Below are positions 25,911 to 35,153 of a stretch of DNA of 35,388 nt, in pieces. The number at the start of each line of letters is the position of its first letter. The first letter of the stretch is position 1. The DNA is taken from sequence record DRR723986_3494, one strand, 5' to 3'. Made by a program: the position numbers and the translations under genes. The notes under the pieces were generated by a model, which was given only the letters and a program-made list of their open reading frames with translations, searched no databases and was not told the origin of the DNA.

Positions 25911-28094
25911 CTAGAAAGCCCGGCGTTCAACGTTGAGTCGCGCCGCCTCCTTTTGATCAATATGTTCAATGCGCACGGCACACTGCTTGAAGGCTGGCTG
26001 GCGGGAATAGGGGTCAAGCAATCCCAGCGACAGCCGGTTAACACAGTCGTGATAATGCATGGGGATAAACAGCATATTGCGGGGAACCCGCTGCGTGAGC
26101 TGCACCATAACGACAGCGTCACCGCGACGCGACACCAGACGCACATAGCTCTGGTGGCTCACCCCGGCCGCGCGCGCGGAGTCTGGATTCATTTCCATGT
26201 AAGGCGTTGGACTGAACTTATTGAGGTTTCCAATTTTTCCGGTTTTAGTGCGGGTGTGGAAATGCTCCACGACACGGCCGCTGTTCATCCAGAAAGGATA
26301 GTGCTCATCCGGTACCTCATTGTCCTCAATGTAGTCCATGGCCAGCAGGTTGGCGCGCCCGTTTGCAGTGGGGAACACGCCGTCGCTGTACAACCGTGGG
26401 CTACCCGTTTCATCACCCTCGCGCATCGGCCATTGGATGCCGCGCTGCGCTTCAATCAGATCATGGCTCATGCCGGAGATATCCAAATTCCGGCCACGAC
26501 CTTTTGACAACTGCTTCATTTCATCGAAAATTTCAGAGGTCGTCTCGGGAAAAGCGATTTCCCTGCCCCGCTCAAAACGTTTGGCCAGCTGCGAGAAAAT
26601 CCAATGATCGGGCTTGGCGTCGCCCGGCGGCGAGGTAAACTTGCGCACCAAATTTACCCGCCGCTCAGTGTTCGTTTGTACCCCTTCTTTTTCCCCCCAC
26701 ACGGCAGCGGGAAGATAAACATGGGCATAGTCGACCGTTTCACAGTCGCGGTAGCCGTCCTGCACCACCATAAATTCGAGCTTCTCCAAGGCCTTTTTAA
26801 TTCGCGGTTGGTTCGGCATGGAGGTCAACGGGTTGGTGGCAACGATCCACAAGGCCTTAATATCGCCCGACTCTATCGCCGGAAAAATATCGGTCTGTTG
26901 CAAACCGCGCTTTGCCGGGAAGAAGGATTCATCAACCCCCCAAAACTGGGCCACCTCCTTGCGGTGTTCCGGCTTCTCAAGCATACGATAGCCCGGCAGG
27001 CCAGAGCAGGATGACCACTCCCGGGTGCCCATGGCGTTGCACTGCCCGGTAATAGACAGGCTGGTCCCGCCGGGCACGCCGATATTGCCGGTAATCAGGT
27101 TGAGGTTATTAATGCCGCACACGCCGTCGGTGCCGTGGGTACTCTGATTGATACCCATCGTCCAGATGCTCATTGCCGACGGTGCCTTTGCGTAAATGCG
27201 GGCCACATGCTTGATGGTGTCTGGGTCGATACCACATATTCGCGAGGCGGTGATGGGGTCATATTTTTCTACTGTCGCAGCAAGCTCATCAAAGCCGTTG
27301 CAGTGGGCGTCTATATAAGACTGATCCTGCAAGCCCTCCTTCAAAATGACATGAGCTAAGGCGTTTAGCAGAACCAGGTCAGTACCCGGTGTTATCGGTA
27401 AGTGGATATCGGCAAATTGCGCCAGCATGGTCACGCGCGGGTCGACAACAATCAGTGGAAACTTGCGCTTCTCCAACGCCTCTTTTAGTCGCCAATAAAT
27501 AATGGGGTGTTGCTCAGGGAGGTTTGAGCCAAAGGCCATCAGGCAGTGAGTATTTTCGAAGTCCTCGTAGCAGCCGGGCGGCCCATCAGCGCCGAATGAG
27601 CGTTTATAACCGGACACTGCCGATGCCATACACAGTGTGGTGTTGCCATCGTAGTTGTTGCTACCAATTACCCCGCGAACCAATTTTCCCAGGGTGTAAA
27701 ACTCTTCTGTCAGCAGTTGGCCGGTGGACACAATCGCCACGCTATCGCGACCGTACTTCTGCTGGATTCGCATAAACTCCTCAGCCGTGCGATCGAGCGC
27801 GCTATCCCAACTGGCTGGAGAAAACGCGTCGTATATCCGGTCACGCATCAGCGGCTGCGTACCACGACCAGCGGTGCCACTCAGTTCATGCTCGAAGATA
27901 CCCTTTATGCACAGCTTGCCCTGATTAACCGGCGCATTGCCCTTGCCGCGACTCGCCACCGGCTTTCCGTCGGCATTCAAACCGACCTCAATTGAGCACC
28001 CCGTGGAGCAATAACCACAGACGGCGTACTTCCAGTCCACTACCTGCTTGTCAGCAATCGTAATGGGCTTGCGTTTTCTGCGACCGAATATCAT
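25911..28094 (-). CDS. Molybdopterin oxidoreductase catalytic subunit, nitrate-reductase (NasA/NarB/NapA)-like
   Basis: N-terminal CGYCSTGC...LCIKG 4Fe-4S motif, Mo ligand LCMASA, WTMGINQ, SITGQCNAMGTRE, EKEGVQTNTERR and C-terminal SGRVVEHFHTRTKT and SRQPAFKQCAV. Start ATG 28094 follows SD GAGGG. Confidence 0.9.
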   Translation of the reverse strand: MIFGRRKRKPITIADKQVVDWKYAVCGYCSTGCSIEVGLNADGKPVASRGKGNAPVNQGKLCIKGIFEHELSGTAGRGTQPLMRDRIYDAFSPASWDSALDRTAEEFMRIQQKYGRDSVAIVSTGQLLTEEFYTLGKLVRGVIGSNNYDGNTTLCMASAVSGYKRSFGADGPPGCYEDFENTHCLMAFGSNLPEQHPIIYWRLKEALEKRKFPLIVVDPRVTMLAQFADIHLPITPGTDLVLLNALAHVILKEGLQDQSYIDAHCNGFDELAATVEKYDPITASRICGIDPDTIKHVARIYAKAPSAMSIWTMGINQSTHGTDGVCGINNLNLITGNIGVPGGTSLSITGQCNAMGTREWSSCSGLPGYRMLEKPEHRKEVAQFWGVDESFFPAKRGLQQTDIFPAIESGDIKALWIVATNPLTSMPNQPRIKKALEKLEFMVVQDGYRDCETVDYAHVYLPAAVWGEKEGVQTNTERRVNLVRKFTSPPGDAKPDHWIFSQLAKRFERGREIAFPETTSEIFDEMKQLSKGRGRNLDISGMSHDLIEAQRGIQWPMREGDETGSPRLYSDGVFPTANGRANLLAMDYIEDNEVPDEHYPFWMNSGRVVEHFHTRTKTGKIGNLNKFSPTPYMEMNPDSARAAGVSHQSYVRLVSRRGDAVVMVQLTQRVPRNMLFIPMHYHDCVNRLSLGLLDPYSRQPAFKQCAVRIEHIDQKEAARLNVERRAF

Positions 28095-28206
28095 GAAATC
28101 CCTCATTGTTGCGCACTGTTTGTGTGCTAAACCGAGCCCACGGGGGCTAAAAAAGCGCACCAACTTGGTGAATTGCCAAGCAAATCACCGCATCTACTCT
28201 GGATTT

Positions 28207-28223
28207 AACAAGAACTATGCCAA
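28207..28223 (-). promoter_or_regulatory. Putative sigma54 (-24/-12) promoter of the molybdoenzyme operon
   Basis: Minus strand TTGGCAT-AGTTC-TTGTT against consensus TGGCAC-N5-TTGC. Spacing is exact; the -12 element is TTGT rather than TTGC. Confidence 0.6.
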
Positions 28224-28284
28224 CTAACTAAATCAGGCTGAAAGCCAGTAAATACGGCGGGCTATTCGGCAACACAGAACAACT

Positions 28285-28301
28285 CGCCCTCAATTGGGGC
28301 A
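28285..28301. promoter_or_regulatory. NtrC-like enhancer site (further copies at 28156-28172 and 28113-28127)
   Basis: CGCCC-TCAATTG-GGGCA, CGCACCAACTTGGTGAA and GCAC-TGTTTGT-GTGC all fit or nearly fit GCAC-N7-GTGC. Confidence 0.5.
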
Positions 28302-28346
28302 TGACAAGTTGGGGAGTATTTAACAGGAGGGGGTCGAAATTCAGGC

Positions 28347-28373
28347 AAAAAAAGGGGCCCTCAGGGGCCCCTT
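28347..28373 (-). terminator. Intrinsic terminator of ompA/oprF
   Basis: GGGGCCC-N4-GGGCCCC hairpin followed by a 7-T tract on the minus strand. Confidence 0.92.
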
Positions 28374-28394
28374 CCGGTATGCACTAGTCGCGAT

Positions 28395-29504
28395 TTATTT
28401 AGCGACTTCTGCTTCCATTACTGCAACAACGCGGCGGTTAGCCTGACGGCCTGCCTTGGTGCTGTTGTCAGCGATAGGACGCTCTTCACCGTAACCAATC
28501 GCACTCAGGCGGCTGGCATCAATGCCGAACTCTTTAATCAGAGCACTGCGAACGGCGTCGGCGCGACGCTGAGACAGCTGCTTGTTGTAGGCCGCAGCAC
28601 CAGTGCTGTCAGAGTGACCTTCAACAACGGCTTTAACACCACCGAAGCGCTTCATGAACTCAGCGACTTTCTTCAGCTCGCTGATTTGCGAAGCAGGAAT
28701 CGCATCGGAGTTCAGTGGGAATTTCACGTCCATTTTGATCGACTCGGTGTGCTTGAGTACAAACTTACAACCGAATTTATCAACCTGGCGGCCCGCTGGT
28801 GTGTTAGGGCACTTGTCGCGGTAGTTAGGTACACCGTCACCGTCTTTGTCCAAGGCACAGCCTTTGGCGTCAACGGCAACACCTGCTGGTGTGCCTGGGC
28901 ACTGGTCAGCACCATCTTCAACACCGTCAGCATCGCTGTCATTGCTTTGAACAGGCGCTGGAGCAGGAGCCGGCTTAGACTCGCCGCCGAACGCGTAGCT
29001 AAGGCCCAGAGAGACGATACCGTCGTTAGTTTCATGATCGAAACCGTAGAAGTAACGAGCATCAGCACGCAGAGACAGAGGACCAGACAGTGCGTAACGG
29101 AAACCACCACCCAAGTTGGCCTGAGTAATTTCTTCTTCGCGTACCACGTCAAAGTTCACCACACCCATGCCAAGACCAATGGCCGCGTAGGGCTCGATCT
29201 TAGACTCAGTGTTGTAGTAGCGAATCGCGTTAGCAGAAATGAACGTTACTTCAGCGTCAGCAGCACTGTTGTTGTAACGGTTGTCAGCGTCAGCGTAGCT
29301 AACACCCACTTCCACACCCCAGTCCCTGCTGAGCTTTTGTTCAACGCTGAACAACGCCGCAGCAGTTTCTTCCAGGTCCCAAGCAGAATCGAAAACTTGA
29401 TAACCTACGCCGGCATTTAAGTACCACTTGTTGCTGTGGTCATCTGCCATCGCTGGTGCGGCAATTACCGCAGCAATCGCAGCACCCATTAATTGTTTAC
29501 GCAT
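28395..29504 (-). CDS. OmpA/OprF-family outer-membrane protein with thrombospondin type-3-like Ca-binding repeats
   Basis: Signal peptide, beta-barrel, PAPAPAP hinge, two D.D.DGV....D.CP.TP repeats and an OmpA C-terminal domain (VEGHSD, NKQLSQRRA, ANRRV). Confidence 0.95.
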   Translation of the reverse strand: MRKQLMGAAIAAVIAAPAMADDHSNKWYLNAGVGYQVFDSAWDLEETAAALFSVEQKLSRDWGVEVGVSYADADNRYNNSAADAEVTFISANAIRYYNTESKIEPYAAIGLGMGVVNFDVVREEEITQANLGGGFRYALSGPLSLRADARYFYGFDHETNDGIVSLGLSYAFGGESKPAPAPAPVQSNDSDADGVEDGADQCPGTPAGVAVDAKGCALDKDGDGVPNYRDKCPNTPAGRQVDKFGCKFVLKHTESIKMDVKFPLNSDAIPASQISELKKVAEFMKRFGGVKAVVEGHSDSTGAAAYNKQLSQRRADAVRSALIKEFGIDASRLSAIGYGEERPIADNSTKAGRQANRRVVAVMEAEVAK

Positions 29505-29639
29505 TTTGTAGCTCCCCTGATTATCACTTAGGTCTTCCGTCGCCCTACCTTAATGGTGGGTCTTGGCTCAAGAATAACACGCAAGTATGCCCTTGCACGC
29601 CTGCTTTTCAGTAATTTTACCGCGACGGCGTTGCAAAGA

Positions 29640-29668
29640 GTTATAGAAGCTCCGCAAGAAAGAAGCAA
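29640..29668 (-). promoter_or_regulatory. Putative sigma70 promoter of ompA/oprF
   Basis: Minus strand TTGCTT, 17 bp, TATAAC. This predicts a leader of about 130 nt. Confidence 0.55.
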
Positions 29669-29724
29669 CCACTATTCGCAACGCCACGCCCGCATCGAGA
29701 GTCTGGATTGAGTGAAAAGTTCAC

Positions 29725-30420
29725 TCACCAAGACATTATTTCTTTTACAAACGGGATCGTCAGTCGCCGTTGCCGCGCCAGGCTGTGACGGTCTAAGTCG
29801 CTTAGTACGCCGAATAGCGCTTTTAGATCACGCTGGCAACGGCGATAGATAAACTCTGCGAGGGCCTCGTTAATATCCAGGCCCATAATTTGAGCACGGT
29901 GACAAAGCGCGGCGATTCGCTCATCCTCGCTAAGTTCAGAGAGTCGATAAACGCTAAAGCTCTGCAGGCGAGACGCCAGGTCAGGCAGCTCAATCGCCAA
30001 CTGATCAGGGACCTCGGTAGACGCAAAAAGCAGCGAGCAACCCCCGCCGAGCGCGCGGTTATAAAGACTAAACAGCGCCACTTCCCAGTCGCTGCGGCCG
30101 GCAATGGCTGACAAACCGTCAATGCACACGAGGTCTGCCAAATCGGCATCTTCCAGTACCATTTCAGCGGGATAGTCCAGCAATTCTGCGGCGGGGATAT
30201 AGCGCACCGAACGCCCCTGCGCGTCGGCCAACTGGCAACAGGCCTGCAACAGGTGCCGCCGACCGCTGCGCCCAGCGAGGTAAACCAGCTTCTCGCCCTG
30301 TCCCGTTGCCACCCCCTTTAAGACTGCTACCGGAAGCTGCTGCGACGGGGCGACATAGTAATTATCAAAGGTCGCTTCCGTATCGAGGCTAAGCGCGAGG
30401 GGCAACTGCGTTGACGCCAT
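29725..30420 (-). CDS. hda: DnaA regulatory inactivator Hda
   Basis: Clamp-binding QLPLAL, TFDNY, HLLQAC, LFSLYNR, arginine finger PDLASRL and LTIPFVKE; conserved synteny with purMN. Confidence 0.95.
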   Translation of the reverse strand: MASTQLPLALSLDTEATFDNYYVAPSQQLPVAVLKGVATGQGEKLVYLAGRSGRRHLLQACCQLADAQGRSVRYIPAAELLDYPAEMVLEDADLADLVCIDGLSAIAGRSDWEVALFSLYNRALGGGCSLLFASTEVPDQLAIELPDLASRLQSFSVYRLSELSEDERIAALCHRAQIMGLDINEALAEFIYRRCQRDLKALFGVLSDLDRHSLARQRRLTIPFVKEIMSW

Positions 30421-31517
30421 CAGTCCTCGTCCTCGTCTTCAAGCACCAGGGGGATTTCTCCACCTTCTTGATACCACTCGCTGCGCAAATACGCGTCGTG
30501 AAGATAGCCGGCCATCACCTTCATTACCGAGGCAACCGGCAGCGCTAACAAAATGCCAAGGAAGCCGAACAACTGGCCCCCTGCCAATATGGCAAATATC
30601 ACCATTACCGGGTGCAGGCCAATCTTGTCACCCACCAGCGACGGGGTTAAATACAAACTTTCTAACAGTTGGCCAATACCAAACACCACTGCAACGCCCA
30701 GCAATTGCCAGGACAGGTCAAACTGAAAATACGCCGCCAAACCCGACGCGGCGATACCTACGATAAATCCTAAGTAGGGGACAATACTGGCCAGGCCTGC
30801 CGCTAGGCCCAACACCAATGCCAGATCAAGCCCGAGGATAAACAAACCGACGGTGTATATCGCACCGAGCGATAACATCACCAAAAATTGCCCGCGCGCA
30901 AAGGCACCTAATATCTCGTCGCATTGGCGCGCGATATCAACATACAGCGCTTCGTGGGAACGCGGCAGCAGCTTGCGAATTGCCGCCATCATCACATCCC
31001 AATCGCGCAACAGATAGAACGTAACAACAGGGATGAGCGTGATGTTCGCCACCCACGTCATCACTGCGACACTGGAGCCACTTATTTTTTGCCACACATA
31101 GACAAAAATGCCACCTGCCGCATCCCAGTGTTTGCTGATCGCTTCTTTAGCCGTATCGATTGGCTGGGCCTGCTCAGGCAAATCCAAAAATCCACGCAAC
31201 CCGGGCAGTGCCGTCTCTTGCAGCCATCCAACCAGCGCGTATAAACGCTGCACCAGCAGCTGCATTTGATCCAGCAACAACGGCAAGGTGATTAAAAACA
31301 TCAGCAGCGAGAACAGCGACAAGCCGCTGAAGACCAACACCACCGACATGGTTCGACCCACGCCTCTGGCCTCTAAGCGGTCGGCGAGCGGATCCCCCAT
31401 ATACGCCAGCACTGAGGCAATGGCGAAAGGCATTAATATTGGGCTGAGGGCATTGAGCAACCACGCCAGCAGTAAAAGTCCCCCCAGCCACCATAACCAG
31501 CGAACATTCACTGTCAT
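30420..31517 (-). CDS. AI-2E family (PerM-like) transporter
   Basis: Multi-TM protein with FYLLRDW, VPYLG, P.LVGDKIGLHPV and FGFLGILLALP. Confidence 0.92.
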   Translation of the reverse strand: MTVNVRWLWWLGGLLLLAWLLNALSPILMPFAIASVLAYMGDPLADRLEARGVGRTMSVVLVFSGLSLFSLLMFLITLPLLLDQMQLLVQRLYALVGWLQETALPGLRGFLDLPEQAQPIDTAKEAISKHWDAAGGIFVYVWQKISGSSVAVMTWVANITLIPVVTFYLLRDWDVMMAAIRKLLPRSHEALYVDIARQCDEILGAFARGQFLVMLSLGAIYTVGLFILGLDLALVLGLAAGLASIVPYLGFIVGIAASGLAAYFQFDLSWQLLGVAVVFGIGQLLESLYLTPSLVGDKIGLHPVMVIFAILAGGQLFGFLGILLALPVASVMKVMAGYLHDAYLRSEWYQEGGEIPLVLEDEDED

Positions 31518-32590
31518 GGCTGCCCCTGCCAGATATAGTTGCCTTGCGTCGCCAGTGGCGACCGGCTGCGGCCTACGCCCTCAGCGGCGCGGCGCAGGCG
31601 GCCGTCCAGCTGCAGATAGCGCTCGACTTTATCCATATCATCTTTCAACACCAATTCCAGCACCAACTCCTCGCCAAACGCCCACGCCGCATTCGCGTGC
31701 TCTATGACCGCAAGAGATTCCAGATAACTCACCATCTGCGCGTAGTCGTCAAAGCGCGTGAGGCCACTCACATGGATCAGCGTGCGCCCACCGGCACCGG
31801 CAACACTGTTGACCGCGTAGCGACGCGCTTGAACATCGGCGACCCGATCGACCGCTGCCGCCAGAAAGCCACTGTCTTGCTGACTCTGGGTATCAAAGCG
31901 TTCGCCGCTCTGCTCATCGAGCAAGGCCCAGCTCGCCAACCACTGGCCAGTGGACAATTGGGAAGCCCGCCCCATAAGAATGAAAGGCGGCGCATAGCGC
32001 TGCGAGGCTTCGCGAACTCGGGCCTCGGGCATTTGCCACAAAGCCTGCGCACTCAGATTACCCGCATCAATCAAGTCAAATAACGGCAGCTGCAATGCCA
32101 GGCCACGACGTGCCACAGCATCCTGGAGCGCCTTTTCTAGGTCCGGGTGGCTACCGCTGCCGAGGAAGCTTCGCCCCTCTGGCGTGTCGACAACCAGCCA
32201 CAGTAATACCGTGGGACGATTTGCCGACCACACCGGCAAACCGGCTGATTGAAGCACCGCATTGACCTGCCGAGGAGAGAACTTCATGTCCAGCCAAAGA
32301 CGCTCTTCGCCATCGGTGTTTTCACGGCGATAGCTGTAGCGAGTTAAAAATGGTTCGGGGGAAGCCAGTGCTTCAGAGAGTGCGGAGGACTGTGGCAGCT
32401 GGCCCTGGCCGGACACACGCACAAAGACTTGCTCCAACGCACTGGCCGCGCCGCGGCGGAGAGTCGCAGGGGACTGTTCGGCAACGGCCTCGCGCCCCTT
32501 GTAGAGGTCATCGACACGGCCCGCGACAGCGGCCGAGCACAGGCAGGCAGCTAACAACAATAGCAGTGGCCGCTTTAGCGCATTAATCAC
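31514..32590 (-). CDS. DUF2066-family exported protein
   Basis: Signal peptide, ALEQVFVRVSG, GLPVWSANRP, RRGL..LPL.DL.D; usual position divergent from purM. Confidence 0.88.
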   Translation of the reverse strand: MINALKRPLLLLLAACLCSAAVAGRVDDLYKGREAVAEQSPATLRRGAASALEQVFVRVSGQGQLPQSSALSEALASPEPFLTRYSYRRENTDGEERLWLDMKFSPRQVNAVLQSAGLPVWSANRPTVLLWLVVDTPEGRSFLGSGSHPDLEKALQDAVARRGLALQLPLFDLIDAGNLSAQALWQMPEARVREASQRYAPPFILMGRASQLSTGQWLASWALLDEQSGERFDTQSQQDSGFLAAAVDRVADVQARRYAVNSVAGAGGRTLIHVSGLTRFDDYAQMVSYLESLAVIEHANAAWAFGEELVLELVLKDDMDKVERYLQLDGRLRRAAEGVGRSRSPLATQGNYIWQGQP

Positions 32591-32741
32591 AGTATTAAAA
32601 TCCCTCTACCTGAAACTGGCGCCACAGTTTAGCAAGGCGCGCCTACCAAGTCCTGAAGCAGCGCAAAATTCCCGATTTAGCTGCTGAATTGCGCGACCAA
32701 CCAAGCTAGAATAGCGCCCTCAAAGAGGACAGCCAAGCACT

Positions 32742-33791
32742 ATGACTGATACCAACAAGCCCAGCCTGAGTTACAAAGATGCCGGTGTAGACATTGACGC
32801 CGGAGATGCACTCGTCGAGCGCATCAAAGATGTTGCCAAACGCACGCGTCGCCCAGAAGTCATGAGCGGCCTCGGTGGTTTTGGCGCCCTGTGCCAACTG
32901 CCGACCGGCTATAAAGAACCCGTCCTGGTGTCGGGCACAGACGGTGTCGGCACCAAGCTAAAACTGGCGATGGACACAGGCATTCACGACAGCATTGGTA
33001 TCGACCTCGTCGCAATGTGTGTCAACGACCTGCTAGTGACAGGCGCTGAACCGCTGTTCTTCCTCGATTATTACGCTACAGGCAAGCTCAACGTCGATAT
33101 TGCCAGCAGTGTCGTTACCGGCATCGGCGCCGGTTGCGAACAATCGGGCTGCGCACTGGTCGGCGGTGAAACCGCAGAAATGCCCGGCATGTATGAAGGT
33201 GAAGACTACGACCTGGCTGGCTTCTGTGTTGGCGTTGTGGAGAAGTCTGGCATTATTGACGGCAGCTCTGTTCGCATCGGCGATGCACTGGTTGGCATCG
33301 GCTCCTCTGGCCCTCACTCTAACGGCTATTCGCTGATTCGCAAAATCATCGACCACAGTGGTCAGGCGCTCGACAGCGAGTTTGGCGACAGCACACTGGG
33401 TAAAACCCTGCTCGCGCCCACGCGCATCTACGTGAAGCCCGTGCTGAATATCATCAAACAGTTCCAGGTTAATGCACTCGCCCACATCACTGGCGGTGGC
33501 TTACTGGAAAATATCCCTCGCGTACTGCCGCGCAATACCCGCGCAGTTATCGACAGCGACAGCTGGCAGCGCCCCGCCATCTTCGACTGGCTGCAAGAGC
33601 AAGGCAATGTCGAAGCACGCGAAATGTACCGCACCTTCAACTGTGGTATCGGCATGGTCATGGCCGTATCAGCAGAGCAAGCCGATAGCATTGTCGACAT
33701 GCTTCACCAGCACGGTGAGACAGCCATGGTCATTGGCCGCATTGAGGCCGGCGATGACGACGCAGACCGAGTGGTTATCAGCGACCTGTAA
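32742..33791 (+). CDS. purM: Phosphoribosylformylglycinamidine cyclo-ligase (AIR synthetase)
   Basis: [40 protein letters not shown] and TFNCGIGM. Confidence 0.99.
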   Translation: MTDTNKPSLSYKDAGVDIDAGDALVERIKDVAKRTRRPEVMSGLGGFGALCQLPTGYKEPVLVSGTDGVGTKLKLAMDTGIHDSIGIDLVAMCVNDLLVTGAEPLFFLDYYATGKLNVDIASSVVTGIGAGCEQSGCALVGGETAEMPGMYEGEDYDLAGFCVGVVEKSGIIDGSSVRIGDALVGIGSSGPHSNGYSLIRKIIDHSGQALDSEFGDSTLGKTLLAPTRIYVKPVLNIIKQFQVNALAHITGGGLLENIPRVLPRNTRAVIDSDSWQRPAIFDWLQEQGNVEAREMYRTFNCGIGMVMAVSAEQADSIVDMLHQHGETAMVIGRIEAGDDDADRVVISDL

Positions 33792-34445
33792 ATGATGGGC
33801 TGTCGTATAGTAGTTCTGATCTCCGGTGGCGGCTCGAACCTGCAGTCCATTATTGATGCCGCCCAAGCGCAGCAGCTGGGCGGTGGCGACGTCGTCGCCG
33901 TTATCAGCAACAAGGCTGACGCTGGCGGCCTGCAGCGGGCCGAACGCGCCGGAATAGCCACGAACTGCTTGCCACACACCGACTTCAGCAGCCGCGAGGC
34001 GTTTGATGCCGCCCTGCAGGAAACCATCGACCAACACCGGCCCGACCTCGTGATCCTCGCTGGTTTTATGCGCATTCTCACAGGCGGCTTCGTGCGCCAC
34101 TACCTGGGGCGCCTGCTGAATATTCACCCCTCACTGCTGCCGAAGTACCCCGGCCTCAACACCCACCAGCGCGCGCTGGATGCCGGTGACCGCGAAGCCG
34201 GCGCCACGGTGCACTTTGTTACCGAAGAGCTGGATGGCGGCCCGGCGATAATTCAGGCAAAAATACCGATAAACGCCGGCGATGATGCTGCAACTCTTGC
34301 CAACAAGGTCTTGTCCAAAGAGCATCAAATTTATCCTTTGGCGGCTCGCTGGTTTGCCGAAGGGCGATTGTCTCTCGTGGCTTCAAAGGCGGTACTCGAT
34401 GAACAGGAACTTCCTCAGCACGGCGTTATCTTTAACGAGCATTAA
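33792..34445 (+). CDS. purN: Phosphoribosylglycinamide formyltransferase
   Basis: VLISGGGSNLQ, LAGFMRIL, NIHPSLLP and HFVTEELDGGP. Confidence 0.99.
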   Translation: MMGCRIVVLISGGGSNLQSIIDAAQAQQLGGGDVVAVISNKADAGGLQRAERAGIATNCLPHTDFSSREAFDAALQETIDQHRPDLVILAGFMRILTGGFVRHYLGRLLNIHPSLLPKYPGLNTHQRALDAGDREAGATVHFVTEELDGGPAIIQAKIPINAGDDAATLANKVLSKEHQIYPLAARWFAEGRLSLVASKAVLDEQELPQHGVIFNEH

Positions 34446-35139
34446 GGCCCTGGCGAGCGCTCTGCTGCTTGCCTGCAGTGTCGGCCTTGTCCACGCCGAC
34501 GCCGATGCCCTAACCCCCTATCGCGCGCACTACCAAATCAGCCACGACGGCCTCAGCACCAAGGCTGAACGTATTCTGGAGCGCGACGGCGACCACTGGC
34601 GGCTCAGCCAACACGCGAAATTGTTTTTCTTTAAAGTCGACGAAGAAAGCAAACTGGAAGTGCACAAGGGCAAGTTGCGCCCCCTGTCTTACCGCTACGA
34701 AAACAATGTCAGCAGCAAGAAAAACCTCGAACTGACCTTCGACTGGGCCAAGCAAACCGTTTCCGACAAGCAGGCCAAAAAGCCCTGGCAGAAAGCCCTC
34801 AAGCCTCACTTCAGCGACCAACTGAGCGCCCAACTGCAGTTGCGTGAAATGCTGATCAAAGGTCAGCTGGATTCACAGCAGAATCAGACGGTAGTAAAAA
34901 GAAAGGGCAAGCTCAAAACCTATGGCATCAGCCGCATCGGTGAAGAGCGTATTGAGACGGCAATGGGCACATTGCAAACCGTGAAGCTGCGCAAGCATCG
35001 CGACGGCAGCAGCAGCGAAACGTTTATCTGGCTGGCGCCGGAATTGAACTATTTGATAGTGAAACTAGAACAGCACGAAGACGACGAGCTTTATTCGATG
35101 AACCTGCTCAGCGCTGAGTTCGACACGCCCTCGCGCTGA
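34399..35139 (+). CDS. DUF3108-family exported protein
   Basis: Signal-like segment, DQLS.QLQLR, G.E.I.T..G...TVKL and IWLAPELNYL.VK; usual position after purN. Start ATG 34399 is uncertain. Confidence 0.82.
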   Translation: MNRNFLSTALSLTSIKALASALLLACSVGLVHADADALTPYRAHYQISHDGLSTKAERILERDGDHWRLSQHAKLFFFKVDEESKLEVHKGKLRPLSYRYENNVSSKKNLELTFDWAKQTVSDKQAKKPWQKALKPHFSDQLSAQLQLREMLIKGQLDSQQNQTVVKRKGKLKTYGISRIGEERIETAMGTLQTVKLRKHRDGSSSETFIWLAPELNYLIVKLEQHEDDELYSMNLLSAEFDTPSR

Positions 35140-35153
35140 GCAATCACGCACTA

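Noticed and set aside
28065-28094. Tat signal in the Mo subunit (MIFGRRKRKP)
   Set aside because: RR is not followed by the FLK-like consensus or any hydrophobic h-region, and the Fe-S Cys motif starts about 25 residues in.
28614-29420. 268-aa antisense ORF within ompA/oprF
   Set aside because: In-register antisense shadow of a strongly codon-biased gene, with no protein motifs.
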